A DNA stretch of 63,616 nucleotides, counting the filler, from Globobulimina sp. (taxonomy: Eukaryota), in the NCBI GenBank assembly GCA_003354225.1. It is 21 parts of 21 records of this genome, joined end to end, with 100 filler letters (N's around TTAATTAATTAA, not from the genome) between each part and the next. Parts side by side here need not be neighbours in the genome. Positions count along the whole stretch, not along the records: positions 24,287 to 27,220 come from PIVH01004299.1; positions 27,321 to 30,254 come from PIVH01004300.1; positions 30,355 to 33,288 come from PIVH01004301.1; positions 33,389 to 36,322 come from PIVH01004302.1; positions 36,423 to 39,356 come from PIVH01004303.1; 16 more parts are not named here. One strand, 5' to 3'. Shown here one piece after another: positions 24,311-36,741 of the stretch (the first letter of the stretch is position 1; each line of letters begins with the position of its first letter). A program made the position numbers and the translations under genes. Under the pieces are notes generated by a model. The model saw only the letters and a list, made by a program, of their open reading frames with translations. It did no database searches and was not told the origin of the DNA.

Positions 24311-26580
24311 TGGCACTGTGGAGCATGGCACAGGATATTAACCAATTGGACAAAGCAAATGTTCGCCTCAGTAAACAAATGATTCAATCCAAATTGCTAG
24401 AAATGGATAAGCAGTTAGCCAGCTCCATACAGACACAAGTGGTTGAAACAAGCCGTGCCTTGGAATTACTAAAACTATCTTACAAAGACATCGTAGCTAT
24501 CGGGGCAAACTTCACCCGCATCGATGACAAGTGTCTAAAGTGTAAAAATTATTTAGCGCACTTCGACCAAATCAAAAAACTCTCCCTGGCTCGAAACAAC
24601 CTCCACATCACCACCAAAATCGGCAAGCTATTCCGCGAAGTACCCAACAAAGCAAAACATCTCTTAAATTTATTGAACGACAATCCCGACAAATATCTGT
24701 ATTATGTCTATAAAAACTTGCGCAAATTGGTCCGTTTACGCGACGAAACCTTGAACAAAGGCTTGAAATATATGTCCTCCTCACTTTCAGGCGAAGAACA
24801 GATGAAAAACCATTTCAAATTGATTGACAAAGTCATATTAAACTTGGAAAAGCAGTGTCGAATGAACATCTGCGACTGTTTATTTTTAGCGGTCAAACAG
24901 CCCCAAACCTTGGTGGTAACACTAAAAATCGCCGAGCCTGAAGATCGGACCAACAAAAAAAATAAAATATTGCGGTACACCATCAATGATTGGGGCAAAT
25001 GGAGAGAGGCAGAGTTGCAAAACCAGGAAGAAGACGAGAATGAGGAAGTTATTGTGGCCAAAGGCAACGATTCGATGAAAGATAAGATCAAATCTGAGAT
25101 CCTGTGCTCTATTATGAGCTTAGTGGAACACTTACAATCTGAGAAAGAAAAGGGCATTAAAGAGTTTTTGACCGCGATTGACGAGAATATGAAGGATTTG
25201 GACTACGTGAACGACAATGTTCGCGTTACCTTCCCGCCGCATTATGAGATCGTGAAATATTATGTGGAGACTTATTATAAGTTCCTGCAGCCGCTGATTT
25301 TGGCGCAGTTGGACGCGGACGCTGTGCCTACGCAGGAGAGGCTATTCGTGGTGTCTTGGATTGCGAAGTTCAAACAGAAAATTAATATCTTAGAGAAGGA
25401 TATGTTGATCAAATATGACGAGACGAGCGGTACCGACCGCAGTGAGATGATCTCGAATCTGTCAGATCAGGAAAATGCATTATTAGCGTCATATATTGAT
25501 ACTTGTAGCGATAAGTTAAGTTCTTGGATCTCGAATATCGTGCAACAGGAAAGCAAGAAACAGGAATATTTCATGGTGGACAACATTCCGCGCACTCATT
25601 GTCCGCAGGATTTGTTCACTGCGCTGAACCATCAATTTACGATCGCCACGCAACAATTGCGGGGTAAGCCGTTCGTGGACGTCATTCTGATGATATTGAA
25701 GAGCATGGATGAATTCAAATGTTTGTTGAATCAACATATTGAGAGCAATTGGCTGCAGTTTGATGATGAATATTTCTGTGCAATGCTGAATTCGACGTAC
25801 GATGTTAGCAATAAATTGAAGGATAAATCTGATGCGATATTGGATGAGCCGCAGTTGTATTCCATCAACGATACACAGATCACTTTGATTGACGACTCGT
25901 TCGATGACAGGATTTGTATGTTTACCAATATGGGCAAGGACTGCGCCAAGTTGTTGGCTGCAAAGGTTTACACCGACTCATTGAAGGAGAATATATTGGG
26001 CATCACCTTTAGCAGTGACAAAGAGAGCGATAATAATACGATTATTCAGTCGATTATCATGACTTTGAAAGAGTATTTTGATGATTTTAAACAGTGGATC
26101 GAAGAGGCGTACTTTTTCTGGGAATTGGTGAAAGAACTTGTTATAATTATTACCAATAAATATATCGAGTCGTTGTTGCTGAACAAACCGACAAATATCG
26201 ACTGTGAGGACTTGGCGTATTATATACGGAACGATGTGAAATTGTTGCACGACTATTTCGGAGATAAGGAGGAGTTTAAAGAGATTGCAAAATTATGGAA
26301 ACAACAACACAATATTTTGACGGCGATCTATGCTGTCTTGGAATGTGAAGCTGGTTTTTTTGAGAATTTGTCAAAACCGATTAAGGATCAAAAGTTGTTG
26401 CAATATATTCAAAAATTGAGGAAGAAGAAGGATAAGAAAGATAAAATGAATGAGTATGACTATGATGAGGAGGATGTTGGCGTTGGCTCATTTGGAAAAA
26501 AGCAAATCAATAAATTGGATCAATTGAAAGACTCGAAAATGGGCAGGTGGATAAATTCCAAAGTCACACAACAAGATTAA
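24311..26580 (+). CDS. SEC6: Exocyst complex component Sec6/EXOC3 (first exon may be missing)
   Basis: ~755-aa helical protein: QLDKA..., NL-x2-T, FPPHYEIVKYYVETY, PQDLFTALNHQ, TLKEYFDDFKQW. Confidence 0.8.
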
Positions 26581-26683
26581 TCGTGTTAGATCTTGACTTG
26601 TTTATAATTCATTACATGTTTTTACGTTGTTGCATTTTCAGGGTCAACAGAAAGTGTTTTTTTCTTCGATCACAACTTTTAAC

Positions 26684-27220
26684 ATGGCATCGCCTGCAGA
26701 ATCAAATCATAATAATAGAATATGTGTGGAAAAAGGACCAGACACACAATTAAATTATTTAATAAGTCCGCAATTATTAAACCATTACAAAAATAACATT
26801 TTGCCACAATGCGATCAAACACACATTCGGAAACACGACTTTTTGCCACATTACAGAGCCAGAAGCTACCCATTATACATTGACCCAAATTTCATTAAAA
26901 TCAGCAACGATAAAAAAGACACCACAGACAATAGCACCCCAATTTCGTCGACCTCCTCCTCTCCGCTCGAAAGGGCTGACAACGAACAAAAAAGCCTCCA
27001 AACCAACAAAATCATCACAGGCTACATAGTGAATGAAAAGGCCGCTCATAAATACAGCAAAGTGACGGAAGCCTTTGAATTAATCGACGACGACCATTGC
27101 ATCGCAGGCGAAGGTACCTACGGCGTCGTATTTCGCGCATACAGCAAACCAAACGGTTTGGACGTCGCCGTGAAAGGCATCCGTTGCGATGATGGCTATA
27201 TTTACCATTTAGACGAAAAA
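26684..27220 (+). CDS. CDK-like (CMGC) protein kinase N-terminal part (3' partial)
   Basis: GEGTYGVVFRA Gly-rich loop and VAVK. Confidence 0.75.
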
Positions 27221-27320
27221 NNNNNNNNNNNNNNNNNNNNNNNNNNNNNNNNNNNNNNNNNNNNTTAATTAATTAANNNNNNNNNNNNNNNNNNNNNNNN
27301 NNNNNNNNNNNNNNNNNNNN

Positions 27321-30254
27321 TGGGCACAAACGGACCAATACCTACCAATTGCGAAGAAAACCAGAAGCTGTATATGGAAATGTGGAACATTACAAATGTA
27401 TCACGGTCGGAAGAGTGGGAGAACAATACGTGGAAATATAACGGCACACAGCATGACATGGTATGGAGTCGGTATTTATTTGTAAGCACTGAAAACCCAC
27501 AGATTGGCTTGACTGGATCCAGGACGATAATCAACCCGCAAACTGGCGAATTATTAGCAATTGTTTCTGTCGATTATTCCTTAAAGTATTCATTTATTAA
27601 TTTATCTGTATTGCATGAGCAACAAAAACAGATGTTTTCATCTCCATAAACCTTTAAAATATAGACATGAAAACATTTGGTTCTGTTTCGTCTTCAGATA
27701 TCTGTCGAATATGCTCGCAAACACTGTCAACAACCCATACGATGACGGACGCTCAAACGTAAAATACGACCATTGGAAAGCCTGGATTTTTGAGACCAAA
27801 CCGGAATATGCCATGATAGCGTCGTCAGATGGCCAGGTATTGCGTAATGCGACGGAAACCGAAGGCTGTTATGGCTATTTAGTAACTGTGGAAAACCAAA
27901 AAGTGCCACATAACGCTAAGGAACATCCGGACTGGTTAATACAAGTATATTCCAAGGAAATGATCGACGTGCACGGCATAGACAGTTTGCTGATAAATGC
28001 TACATTGCCACAAAACGTGCGAGTGCCATATGGTTTGCCTACCTTAGAAGCAGGAATTGTGCAGTTTTATCCTGGCGGCGAGGCATCCATTGATTGGGTT
28101 GTATTGAAAACCATGGAAGTGTCAGACTCGTTTGTTAATGACTTGCATATTACTTTGATATGCATTTGTTGCATAATGGCATGTATCTGGGTATTACTGC
28201 GCGAATTGGATTATTCGGATAAGTTAGCAAATAAAAATAAACGTAAAAGTGCCTCAAAAAGTGCACAAATGCATGACATTGGTAATGAAGATAGCGATGA
28301 TTATAAAGCAATAATGGAGAAAATGAAACCAATCATCCAAGGTTTGTTAGGTTATAATAACTGGTATATTTTTGTTACGTATTGAATAAAATAAAAGGTG
28401 CAGCGAATGCAACATGGTACAGATTGATGACCCAAAATGAATCGCATTTGAATTCAATGGGATGTGCTTCGATTATAACCACCCAAAAAGCGAAAACATT
28501 TCTGGCGGCTCGAGCCAATAATCACATTGCGTCGGAAAACGAGAACAATGCCGTATTTCGTGAATGTGCGTGGCACGCTTGCGCTTATAATAGATATTGG
28601 AAACGGTTTCAACTGCGATATTGGGGGTTTATTGAATCGAATTATTATGACATCCCAGTTCAATTATTGTTGTTGGGCCACTTAGTTGCCACGTTTTGGG
28701 AGCCACCAACCCCAAAAGGGCTGCATGACAATGGCTTAAGTCGTAAATTAATAATCGTGCTATGTGCCTGTCAATTTATTCAATGGTTGGATTGTATATT
28801 GGTTGGATTGAAGAGATATTTCGAATTTAGTGTTTCCGAGCCATTTTTAACCTCTTTATATGAATTAAATTACGGATTCCATCATAAATATACAATTCGC
28901 GTTAAAGCCTCGCGCGATAAATATCAAAATGATAAATTGCGAGCGTTATACTTAGCATTCATGGGACCTCAATGCCGCCGGTTTATACTCCATGTTGTAT
29001 TGGTTGGAATCGATTTGATTAACTTTTTATTACAAATAACTTTATCCGTTGCTCCGTTCAGTTATTACATCCCAATATTACCGCTATTGATAATCATACG
29101 CAATCATCATGTCCTGGTATTTGGTTACGACTTTATCTCCGCCATCGTCTATGCCAAAGATGTTTTATTTTCCTATTTCTGCTTTATTTTAATATTCGCC
29201 ATCTTAACAATGTCATTATTTCGCGACACAGTCAATTATGACCAGGTCGCGGATTCCTTCCAAACCATAAACAGTGCCTTCATCACCGGATTTGTCTTCA
29301 TATCAACCTCTGAAAACTACGCAATTATGTACGACGTGTTTGAGTCGGAATATTACGATGCAACCTCGCAGCATTGGCTGGTGGTTGGAAATGTGGTGCT
29401 GATTACAATATTTTTCGCCATGATGGGCATGTTTTGTTGGATTCCAATGATTATCGACAAATTCGAGCATGCCTTCGAGCAAAGTAACATGAAACATGAC
29501 CAAAAGAATAAATTACGCAAAACCAATGCCATTATCGCTGCATTTGTGATGCTTGACTTTAATAATGATTTAGAGATAGATTCGTCGGAATTTAATTGCT
29601 TGATCACATCGTCGGTTCTAATCGATAAAAATAAGTTATTTTCGGCATTTGACACCAATGCCAATGACACGTTGGATATATACGAATTTGTGTCGTGTTT
29701 ATTGAAGCAGTCATTTCGAAGCAAAATAATATCCACAGCCTCTCATGTCCCACAGTTAAAATTCAACGCATGGTGCGAATGCAACATATTTCGAAATGAA
29801 CACTATACGATTTATATTTTTGTGTTTCTGGTGATTCCAGTAATCGGATTATCGGTAATTCGCGGATTACTCCATAGGTTTTCTGAAGTCGCCATCGATA
29901 AAAGTATTATTTTTTTTAGCTTATTAAATATGATTGAAATACATCTCCGCTGTTTTTGCTTTGGGATCCATCGCTTTTTAGATTTGTTAAAATATCCGAA
30001 TCCAAATTATATCATTGCGGCCATTCAAAAGTATCAAACAAATCATTTAAAAAAACATCGGAAAGCCCGCTTAAACACAACTTATAATTATAACAATGAT
30101 GCTGTTAACACCAACACAATCCGACTGACTTCGAGCGAACGAGACTGGGTTTCCAAACATTTAACGGCTGTTCGGCCGGCCTCCATTTTAGAAAAATCCA
30201 CGCAAACTTTAATAAATCGGGTCGAAATTATTGTTTTTTGGTTTTGTTTTTGTA
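27321..30254 (+). CDS. dCache-like domain + TM + two-pore-channel-like protein with EF-hand linker (5' and 3' partial)
   Basis: Three exons joined in frame by introns 27586..27697 and 28342..28397. Cache-like WS...LT.S..I....GELLAIVSVDYSL..LS; S1-FWEPP; pore SFQTINSAFITGFVFISTSENY; EF-hands DFNNDLEIDSSE and DTNANDTLDIYE; start of a second 6TM repeat. Confidence 0.75.
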
Positions 30255-30648
30255 NNNNNNNNNNNNNNNNNNNNNNNNNNNNNNNNNNNNNNNNNNNNTT
30301 AATTAATTAANNNNNNNNNNNNNNNNNNNNNNNNNNNNNNNNNNNNNNNNNNNNACAACCGATATGGTCTTCTCTGTCCGCGGCAACTGTTTTATCTTTG
30401 TCATAATTTGTGTCATTCGTTGTTTCATCATTTTCATGAAATGTCTCATTGACACAACCCATTATGTTTTCTTGTCGCGTCTATTGTACTACGAGTTTTT
30501 TAAAAGATTACAGGATTGATTTCCCTAAAACTAGCTACGATCCTACGCAACTTTTTTGTTATTTTTTTTTATTTTTTAATACTTTTATGTCAAATGTTTC
30601 AAAAGCTTTTATGCTCACTAAAATATATATTTATTTGTCTGAAGTAGA

Positions 30649-30868
30649 TCAATCCAAATCGAATGATGTAGCAGCCACCAAACCGAATAATATGACAGCA
30701 TTATTAATAGAAAATTGCAATAAACCAAACCAACCTGCAAAAATAAAACATGTGAAATCATATGTAAAAGATGGTGCAAACACTGTTGATTTGGTGGTAG
30801 TTGGTGGCGGTGCCACAGGTTTACATGCAATGCAGTTTTTAGATCAACACGAAAATACTGTTATATAA
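30649..30868 (+). pseudogene. Truncated Rossmann-fold (FAD/NAD-binding) fragment
   Basis: VDLVVVGGGATG followed by a stop ~15 codons later, just before the foldback element. Confidence 0.35.
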
Positions 30869-30913
30869 AAAATTATTGATTGGTGGGAATATTTTCAGTC
30901 ACTCCATATCATA

Positions 30914-31431
30914 TCACTCTATCTTCACCTATTAAACAAAAATCATCACTATACGATCAATATTCATCACCAGGAGACGATAAACATATCATTGGAAAGC
31001 TCTAATCGAGCTAGTTCATATGGTATTGGATGGGTGGAAATCCACTGATTAGTTTTGATTATATTGGTAAAAATGTATTCTAATGGACAGATAAACGGAT
31101 GTGCATACAACTGAGGTGACTATCTTTAGCGAAAATTTCCTTCTGCTAATTTAGTTATATGATTAAGAATTAAATCCTGATTCCAATCTCGTTTGAATGA
31201 GATCAATTCAATAAATATTCGCGGGATTAGATTTTTTGTATGTACTTCCATGCATTTGTCCATTAGAATACATTTTGACCAATATAATTAAATCTAATCA
31301 GCGGATTTCCACAGATTCAATACCATATTAACGAGCTCGATTAGAGCTTTCCAATGATATGCTTATCATTGAAATCCATGAATGTTAAATATTTATCTGC
31401 ATACACCTTATCGTTACTGAAGATAGAGTGA
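30914..31431. mobile_element. Non-autonomous foldback/MITE-like element (long imperfect inverted repeat)
   Basis: Outer arms TCACTCTATCTTCA (30914) and TGAAGATAGAGTGA (ends 31431). Inner arms ~30978..31110 and ~31236..31367 are largely complementary. Confidence 0.75.
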
Positions 31432-31658
31432 GGCCTTGCATCCAACGTTGAGGATTTATTTGTATGAATACTAATTATAACAAATGACACGTGAACTAAT
31501 TAACATTTTAAACTTGAACCTGATTGTTTTCATGAAATTGAGTGTATGATAATTTTTCATGCTCAAATACCAAATAATAAAATGATTTGACTTTACGTGC
31601 AAGACATGTCCAGACAAAAAAAAATAAACATGAACAACTGATTGCTGCAGACATAAAT

Positions 31659-31975
31659 TCAGTTTGTGATGATGCGTAAAACGATATAATTTCCCAAATT
31701 GCTATTGGTGTTACAACAACATATACTGAACAAATAAATATATGCCAATTTTAATTTTAATAAACCATAACTGCCAACATTGCAAAAAACAAACATATAA
31801 ACACCAAAAATAATACTAATTACACCAACAGTTGTTCCATCAAAACAATTTAATAATACACCGTCTTCATACCATTGGTAACCAAACATTGATGGAGCGC
31901 CAGAATATAAAATAACATAAATACCAAAGAATACAGAAAATAACCCTAAAAATGCTAATTTACATGCAATACGGA
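31659..31975 (-). CDS. Small hydrophobic membrane protein fragment
   Basis: Consecutive hydrophobic segments; start and splicing unclear. Confidence 0.3.
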
Positions 31976-32098
31976 ATAATGTCCATCATGTTCTTAACCA
32001 ATCATGTTCATATTTTGAACAAAATCCACATAAAACAAAAAAACAACTACTCATCTGTTATATAAATTGTTGTGTTTTCTAACATCGTAAGCTTTACC

Positions 32099-33108
32099 AT
32101 GGCCTCGTTAATTTACGAAGGACAACTAATGAAAAAAGGCAAGTTGCATAAAGCATGGAAAAATCGATGGTGTAAATTAATTTCAGTCAATGGAGAGATA
32201 CACATAGAATATTACGACAGCAAAATGAATGCAAATTTATGCGGAACCATCGAGATATCGCAAGTCTATGCAATTGAAGTGATCCAGTCTCCCGACTATG
32301 ACCTGTCAATGTTACACCAAATACCGAATCAGTGCATAATCACTGATAAAATAAAAACTCAACAAAAATATTCATTTTTACTAACCACACCACACAGAAA
32401 ATATCATTTCGCTGCATTTGACCCTCAGAATTTCTTTAAATGGCTTTCTATTTTTCATCAGTTTGTTTATGATGGAATTATTAAACAAGGCTGGCTCCAA
32501 AAACGCGGCGAAAAGAACAAAGGCTGGAAAAAGCGCTTTTTTGTGTTAAACCAATACAAACAAATCAAATATTACCACGACGAACAGAAATTAGGTTTTG
32601 CCGGCTCCATTTCTTTAAATTATGTGACTGCCATTACAAACGGCGAAATTGTGCAGTCAAAGCAGAAAAAGTATACATTCCAACTCAACACTGACAAAAG
32701 AGTGTGGATATTATGTGCGAGTGCGTTGGAAGAACGGGTTCGTAAATTCTAACATTTACAGCATACTATAAATCCAATATATTTATAACATTAACACAGA
32801 GAAATTGGACCGAACTGATTGAAAAATGGAGAAAGGTTCAATTTGAGATTGATTATAAAGAACAAAGCTTGTTTCCGAGTGATGATGATTTAAAACAGGA
32901 AGAAACCTCCGAACAACATGTCGATTTATATCAGGTATGTTCGTCTGGCGACGATGAGGATTTTCAAGAGGTTCAACAATTTCAATGCAATTTTTGCGGC
33001 AAAATATATGCATCGCATTGGACAAAATGTCCGGGCTGTTTAAGGCGAGGAACGCATGGCATTAAACCCAAAAAACATAATGTGTTCAACTGCAGCCTTC
33101 CACCTTGA
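32099..33108 (+). CDS. Tandem PH-domain protein with C-terminal zinc ribbon
   Basis: YEGQLMKKG..KAWKNRW and KQGWLQKRG..KGWKKRFFVL. Intron ~32739..32799. Tail CNFCG...CPGC. Confidence 0.85.
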
Positions 33109-33388
33109 TATATAATATAATATATTAATGTTGCTTTTTTTTTTGATTGAAACGAAATTCACATATTTTTGTGATTCAGTCAATTTAATTTCACCTGTTA
33201 AATTTTTTTGTTTTATCGTCTTCGTTTGCTTTTTGTGGTTTATTGTTTTATTGTTTTATTTGTTGCTTTTATTATTTTGTTTCCTTTTNNNNNNNNNNNN
33301 NNNNNNNNNNNNNNNNNNNNNNNNNNNNNNNNTTAATTAATTAANNNNNNNNNNNNNNNNNNNNNNNNNNNNNNNNNNNNNNNNNNNN

Positions 33389-35719
33389 GATAATATATTT
33401 GGTGCTTCAGTGCCATTGTTTCGAATTTGGTGTAAACATTCTCTGGGTTCAATCTTTGAAAATAGTCCATAATCCATTAAAGTAATCTGATCTGCTAATT
33501 CTTCGCCACTCGCTTTGGATAAAACAGAGTTTAATTTGTTAATATTTAAACCACCAACATACACATCGTCAAATAATGACACAATATTCATCTGTTTCTG
33601 TGATTAATTAATTATGTTTCCAGCGGTGCATAACATTCAAAAACACTTATTATATATTGCTGTTTCTCAATATTATGTACCGCAGAAACACAAAAAACAA
33701 TCATATTATACAAACGCCATTATTTAATTGCGACAGTACCTTAACATTCCAGTCAATCCCTTTCAATCTTAAATATTCCTTTTTTACTAAAAAGCATAGT
33801 TTCGAGATCCACACACAATCAATATTATGCATATCGAGTTCATGATAAACTGACAATTCGTCCAACCATTCTTCGAGCTGCCATTGAAGTACTTCATTTT
33901 TCTCAAAATCCTCATACCAATAAAGTTTCATCCAATCTTTCAATGATTTAATAACTTTCAATTGGATCCGTTTCTGCGTTCCATTTTGGAACTGTTTAAT
34001 CAACATTTCATTGTTTAAAATCTCACCAGGTATCGGCACAAAAAATCTTTTTCTTAATTGTTGCAATAAAGTGACTGAATCAGTAAACATTTTGTGAGTC
34101 ATAATTAACGTTTCCATACTAGCGTTATCTTCGATATTTTCGTGCGTTGACCAATGAATAATTTGCTCCAATGATAATATATCATTGTCACGTTGATTAT
34201 TGCTGTGATTCGCCATATTCTCATCCAAATAACCACCGGTTTGCACATTAACATTATTATAAAGTCCATTGTTTGTCACTTTAAAGCGTTGCTTATATGA
34301 ATCTAAAACATAAATTGCATCATCAACCACCCGCTGAGACGGCTTATGTCGACATCGCAATTTGATGCCCAAGGCATCACTTTCAAATCCTAGCAATTTC
34401 AAGAAATCAACAACGCCCTCATAGCCAATCAAGCGCTGCACAACAATGGCATTCGTCGTATCTAATACTGAATATTTTTCGTCGTCTTTTAGTAGTTTCC
34501 TTGCGACTGAACGTAGCGTCGAAAAAACAGGAACTGGCCAATCGTTGAAACATGCAATATCAGAGGCGGCGCGACTGAAATCATCCATTGTTGACTCGAA
34601 ATAATTATTATCAAAATAGTTATTAAGTACTACGTTAATCATTCTGTCATAGTCACATTGGTTATATTTCATATCATTCGCCTTCAAACAGAAACAAATT
34701 TTGCTGACAATAAACGCGCGGAAACACGAGCAAGTACCTGATTGTTGACGTTGTTTAATGCGAATGCATGGTTTGAGTTGACATTTCTTGCCGTATTACA
34801 AGCGTCGCATCGTTCGTCGGTTGATTTATTTAATAAAGTACAAATTGGACAATTCCAGGATTTGTTATTGCGTTCAAACGAAAAACGTTTGTCAGGAATG
34901 GTGTTATATAACGGCGAACCAATCACATTCATATTTATATCGGTGTCCATTCTGTGATGAGCGAAGTTTACATTGTTTGGTTTGTCGTTCACAATTCTTC
35001 GTTTTGCAGAACATATTTCACAGCGATCATTCCAGGAATAATTCGAGAATGTACACGCAGTGCATTTCCATTTATTTAGATCGTTATCGGACTCTGGATC
35101 CTCATAAATATCATCATTAAATTTGTTCGCATCTAAATTAAATATAAACAATTTTATAGAAACGGAAAATGTGTCAAAAATTAAACGAATGCGACGTACC
35201 ACCATATTTAGGTTGGGGGTTTGGTAAATATCCACAGAATGCACATTTTGCGCATGATTGGGCATTTTGATAGGTGCAAACACCGCATTTCCAATCTAAA
35301 TTCGGGTCAACTACGACCTGTTCCATTTTGGGTTTAGGGACGTGTGCTGGAGGCGGATTATATATGTTTATGTCTATACTCGTCATCGGGAATATTTTAG
35401 CATAAATTTCTGCAAATTGAAAGCAGGTTTGTTGTTGATTGAATCTTATGGCTAATATTTCTTGCTGGTTTGTATAAATTGTAAAGGCTTTTAAAATTAA
35501 GGCACGTTCACCTTTGGATTTTATTTTTGTGGAAGTCAATCTCCACCATAGGCCTTGTTCATTCTTTTCCCATTTTAAACGAATATCTTGTCGATTTTGC
35601 GAATTTTGGAACATTGTAACCAAGCCAGAGACACCGCGACCTGACCATTGTTTGGTATTTGCATCTAATGCGTATATGGATCCCCGTCCGCTAAATACTT
35701 GCAGCCAGGAATCTGCCAT
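33389..35719 (-). CDS. EVH1-like + three RanBP2 zinc fingers + PUB-like + REM/RasGEF protein (3' partial)
   Basis: Three W-x-C-x2-C-T-x2-N-x6-C-x2-C fingers; PUB-like KYSVLDTTN...DFLKLLGF; REM THKMFTDS...LKDW; CDC25 start ELADQITLMD. Introns 35133..35199, 34682..34737 and ~33592..33739. Confidence 0.8.
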
Positions 35720-35776
35720 TATTGTTAGTATGCGTTTAATTGCAACAATATTTTGAACAAGTTAGGTTTAATTTAA

Positions 35777-36322
35777 TTAGGTGTACATATATCTGGTAAT
35801 GGGAGATATTAACGACAATCGATCAAAATCAATTTCCAGGACTTCTTTATATGTTTGATAAGCAAACCATGGCACTAAATAATAATACCACGGCGTAACC
35901 TTTCTCACCACCGATTTGACCATTGGCTCAAACTGATAATTCCAATGTATTTCCTCCGCCGTATAACTCCACCAAATCTGAAAGTTATCCGATGTAATCT
36001 CATCAATCCCGCCCACAACGGCAATGATTTCAATCTTCTTATTGGCCAAATCCTGCTTAGTCTTCCCATACAGCGGGCTGTCCTCATCAATCTTATGCAC
36101 CACAGTCCAGGGTAGGGATAGAAACGGAACGTCGTTATCAGTGCTCCTCATTCGGCCGTGCTTTTTATAAATCTCAAAGTCTAACTCTTGATGCTTATGC
36201 TTCATCCAATCCACGTTCAGATTGTAAAAGGAGGCATTCTGACTCGCATTGTTGTCCTCAATATGATGTTCATAGTATATTAACTTCATAGACGGCATAC
36301 ACATTCTGCTGCGAGGCCGAAT
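35777..36322 (-). CDS. Inward-rectifier K+ channel cytoplasmic C-terminal domain (5' partial)
   Basis: PWTVVHKIDEDSPLYG, EIIAVVGGIDE, SYTAEEIHWNYQFEPMV. Confidence 0.9.
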   Translation of the reverse strand: MRPRSRMCMPSMKLIYYEHHIEDNNASQNASFYNLNVDWMKHKHQELDFEIYKKHGRMRSTDNDVPFLSLPWTVVHKIDEDSPLYGKTKQDLANKKIEIIAVVGGIDEITSDNFQIWWSYTAEEIHWNYQFEPMVKSVVRKVTPWYYYLVPWFAYQTYKEVLEIDFDRLSLISPITRYMYT

Positions 36323-36741
36323 NNNNNNNNNNNNNNNNNNNNNNNNNNNNNNNNNNNNNNNNNNNNTTAATTAATTAANNNNNNNNNNNNNNNNNNNNNN
36401 NNNNNNNNNNNNNNNNNNNNNNCGTACTCAATAAATATGTTGAAACATTCTCCGAATTGCTCTCAAATGATTCTTTTGATCACAACAATCATAATGATAT
36501 AATTATTGATGAATACAAATTTGCGCCCATTTCCAAGCAATTTATTATACCATCACAAGCATTGGAAATATCCAGAAATATAATTTTATTGTGTATCATT
36601 GTATCATTTTATAACTCGCAATCTTTGAATATGTCTCGTTTTAATATGTCTTGCCAGAAAAAGTAGGCGTTTATGGTTTGTTTACCCCCTAAAAGTAGGT
36701 GCTATAAATTATAAATTACAAGTTATATATATATATATCAA

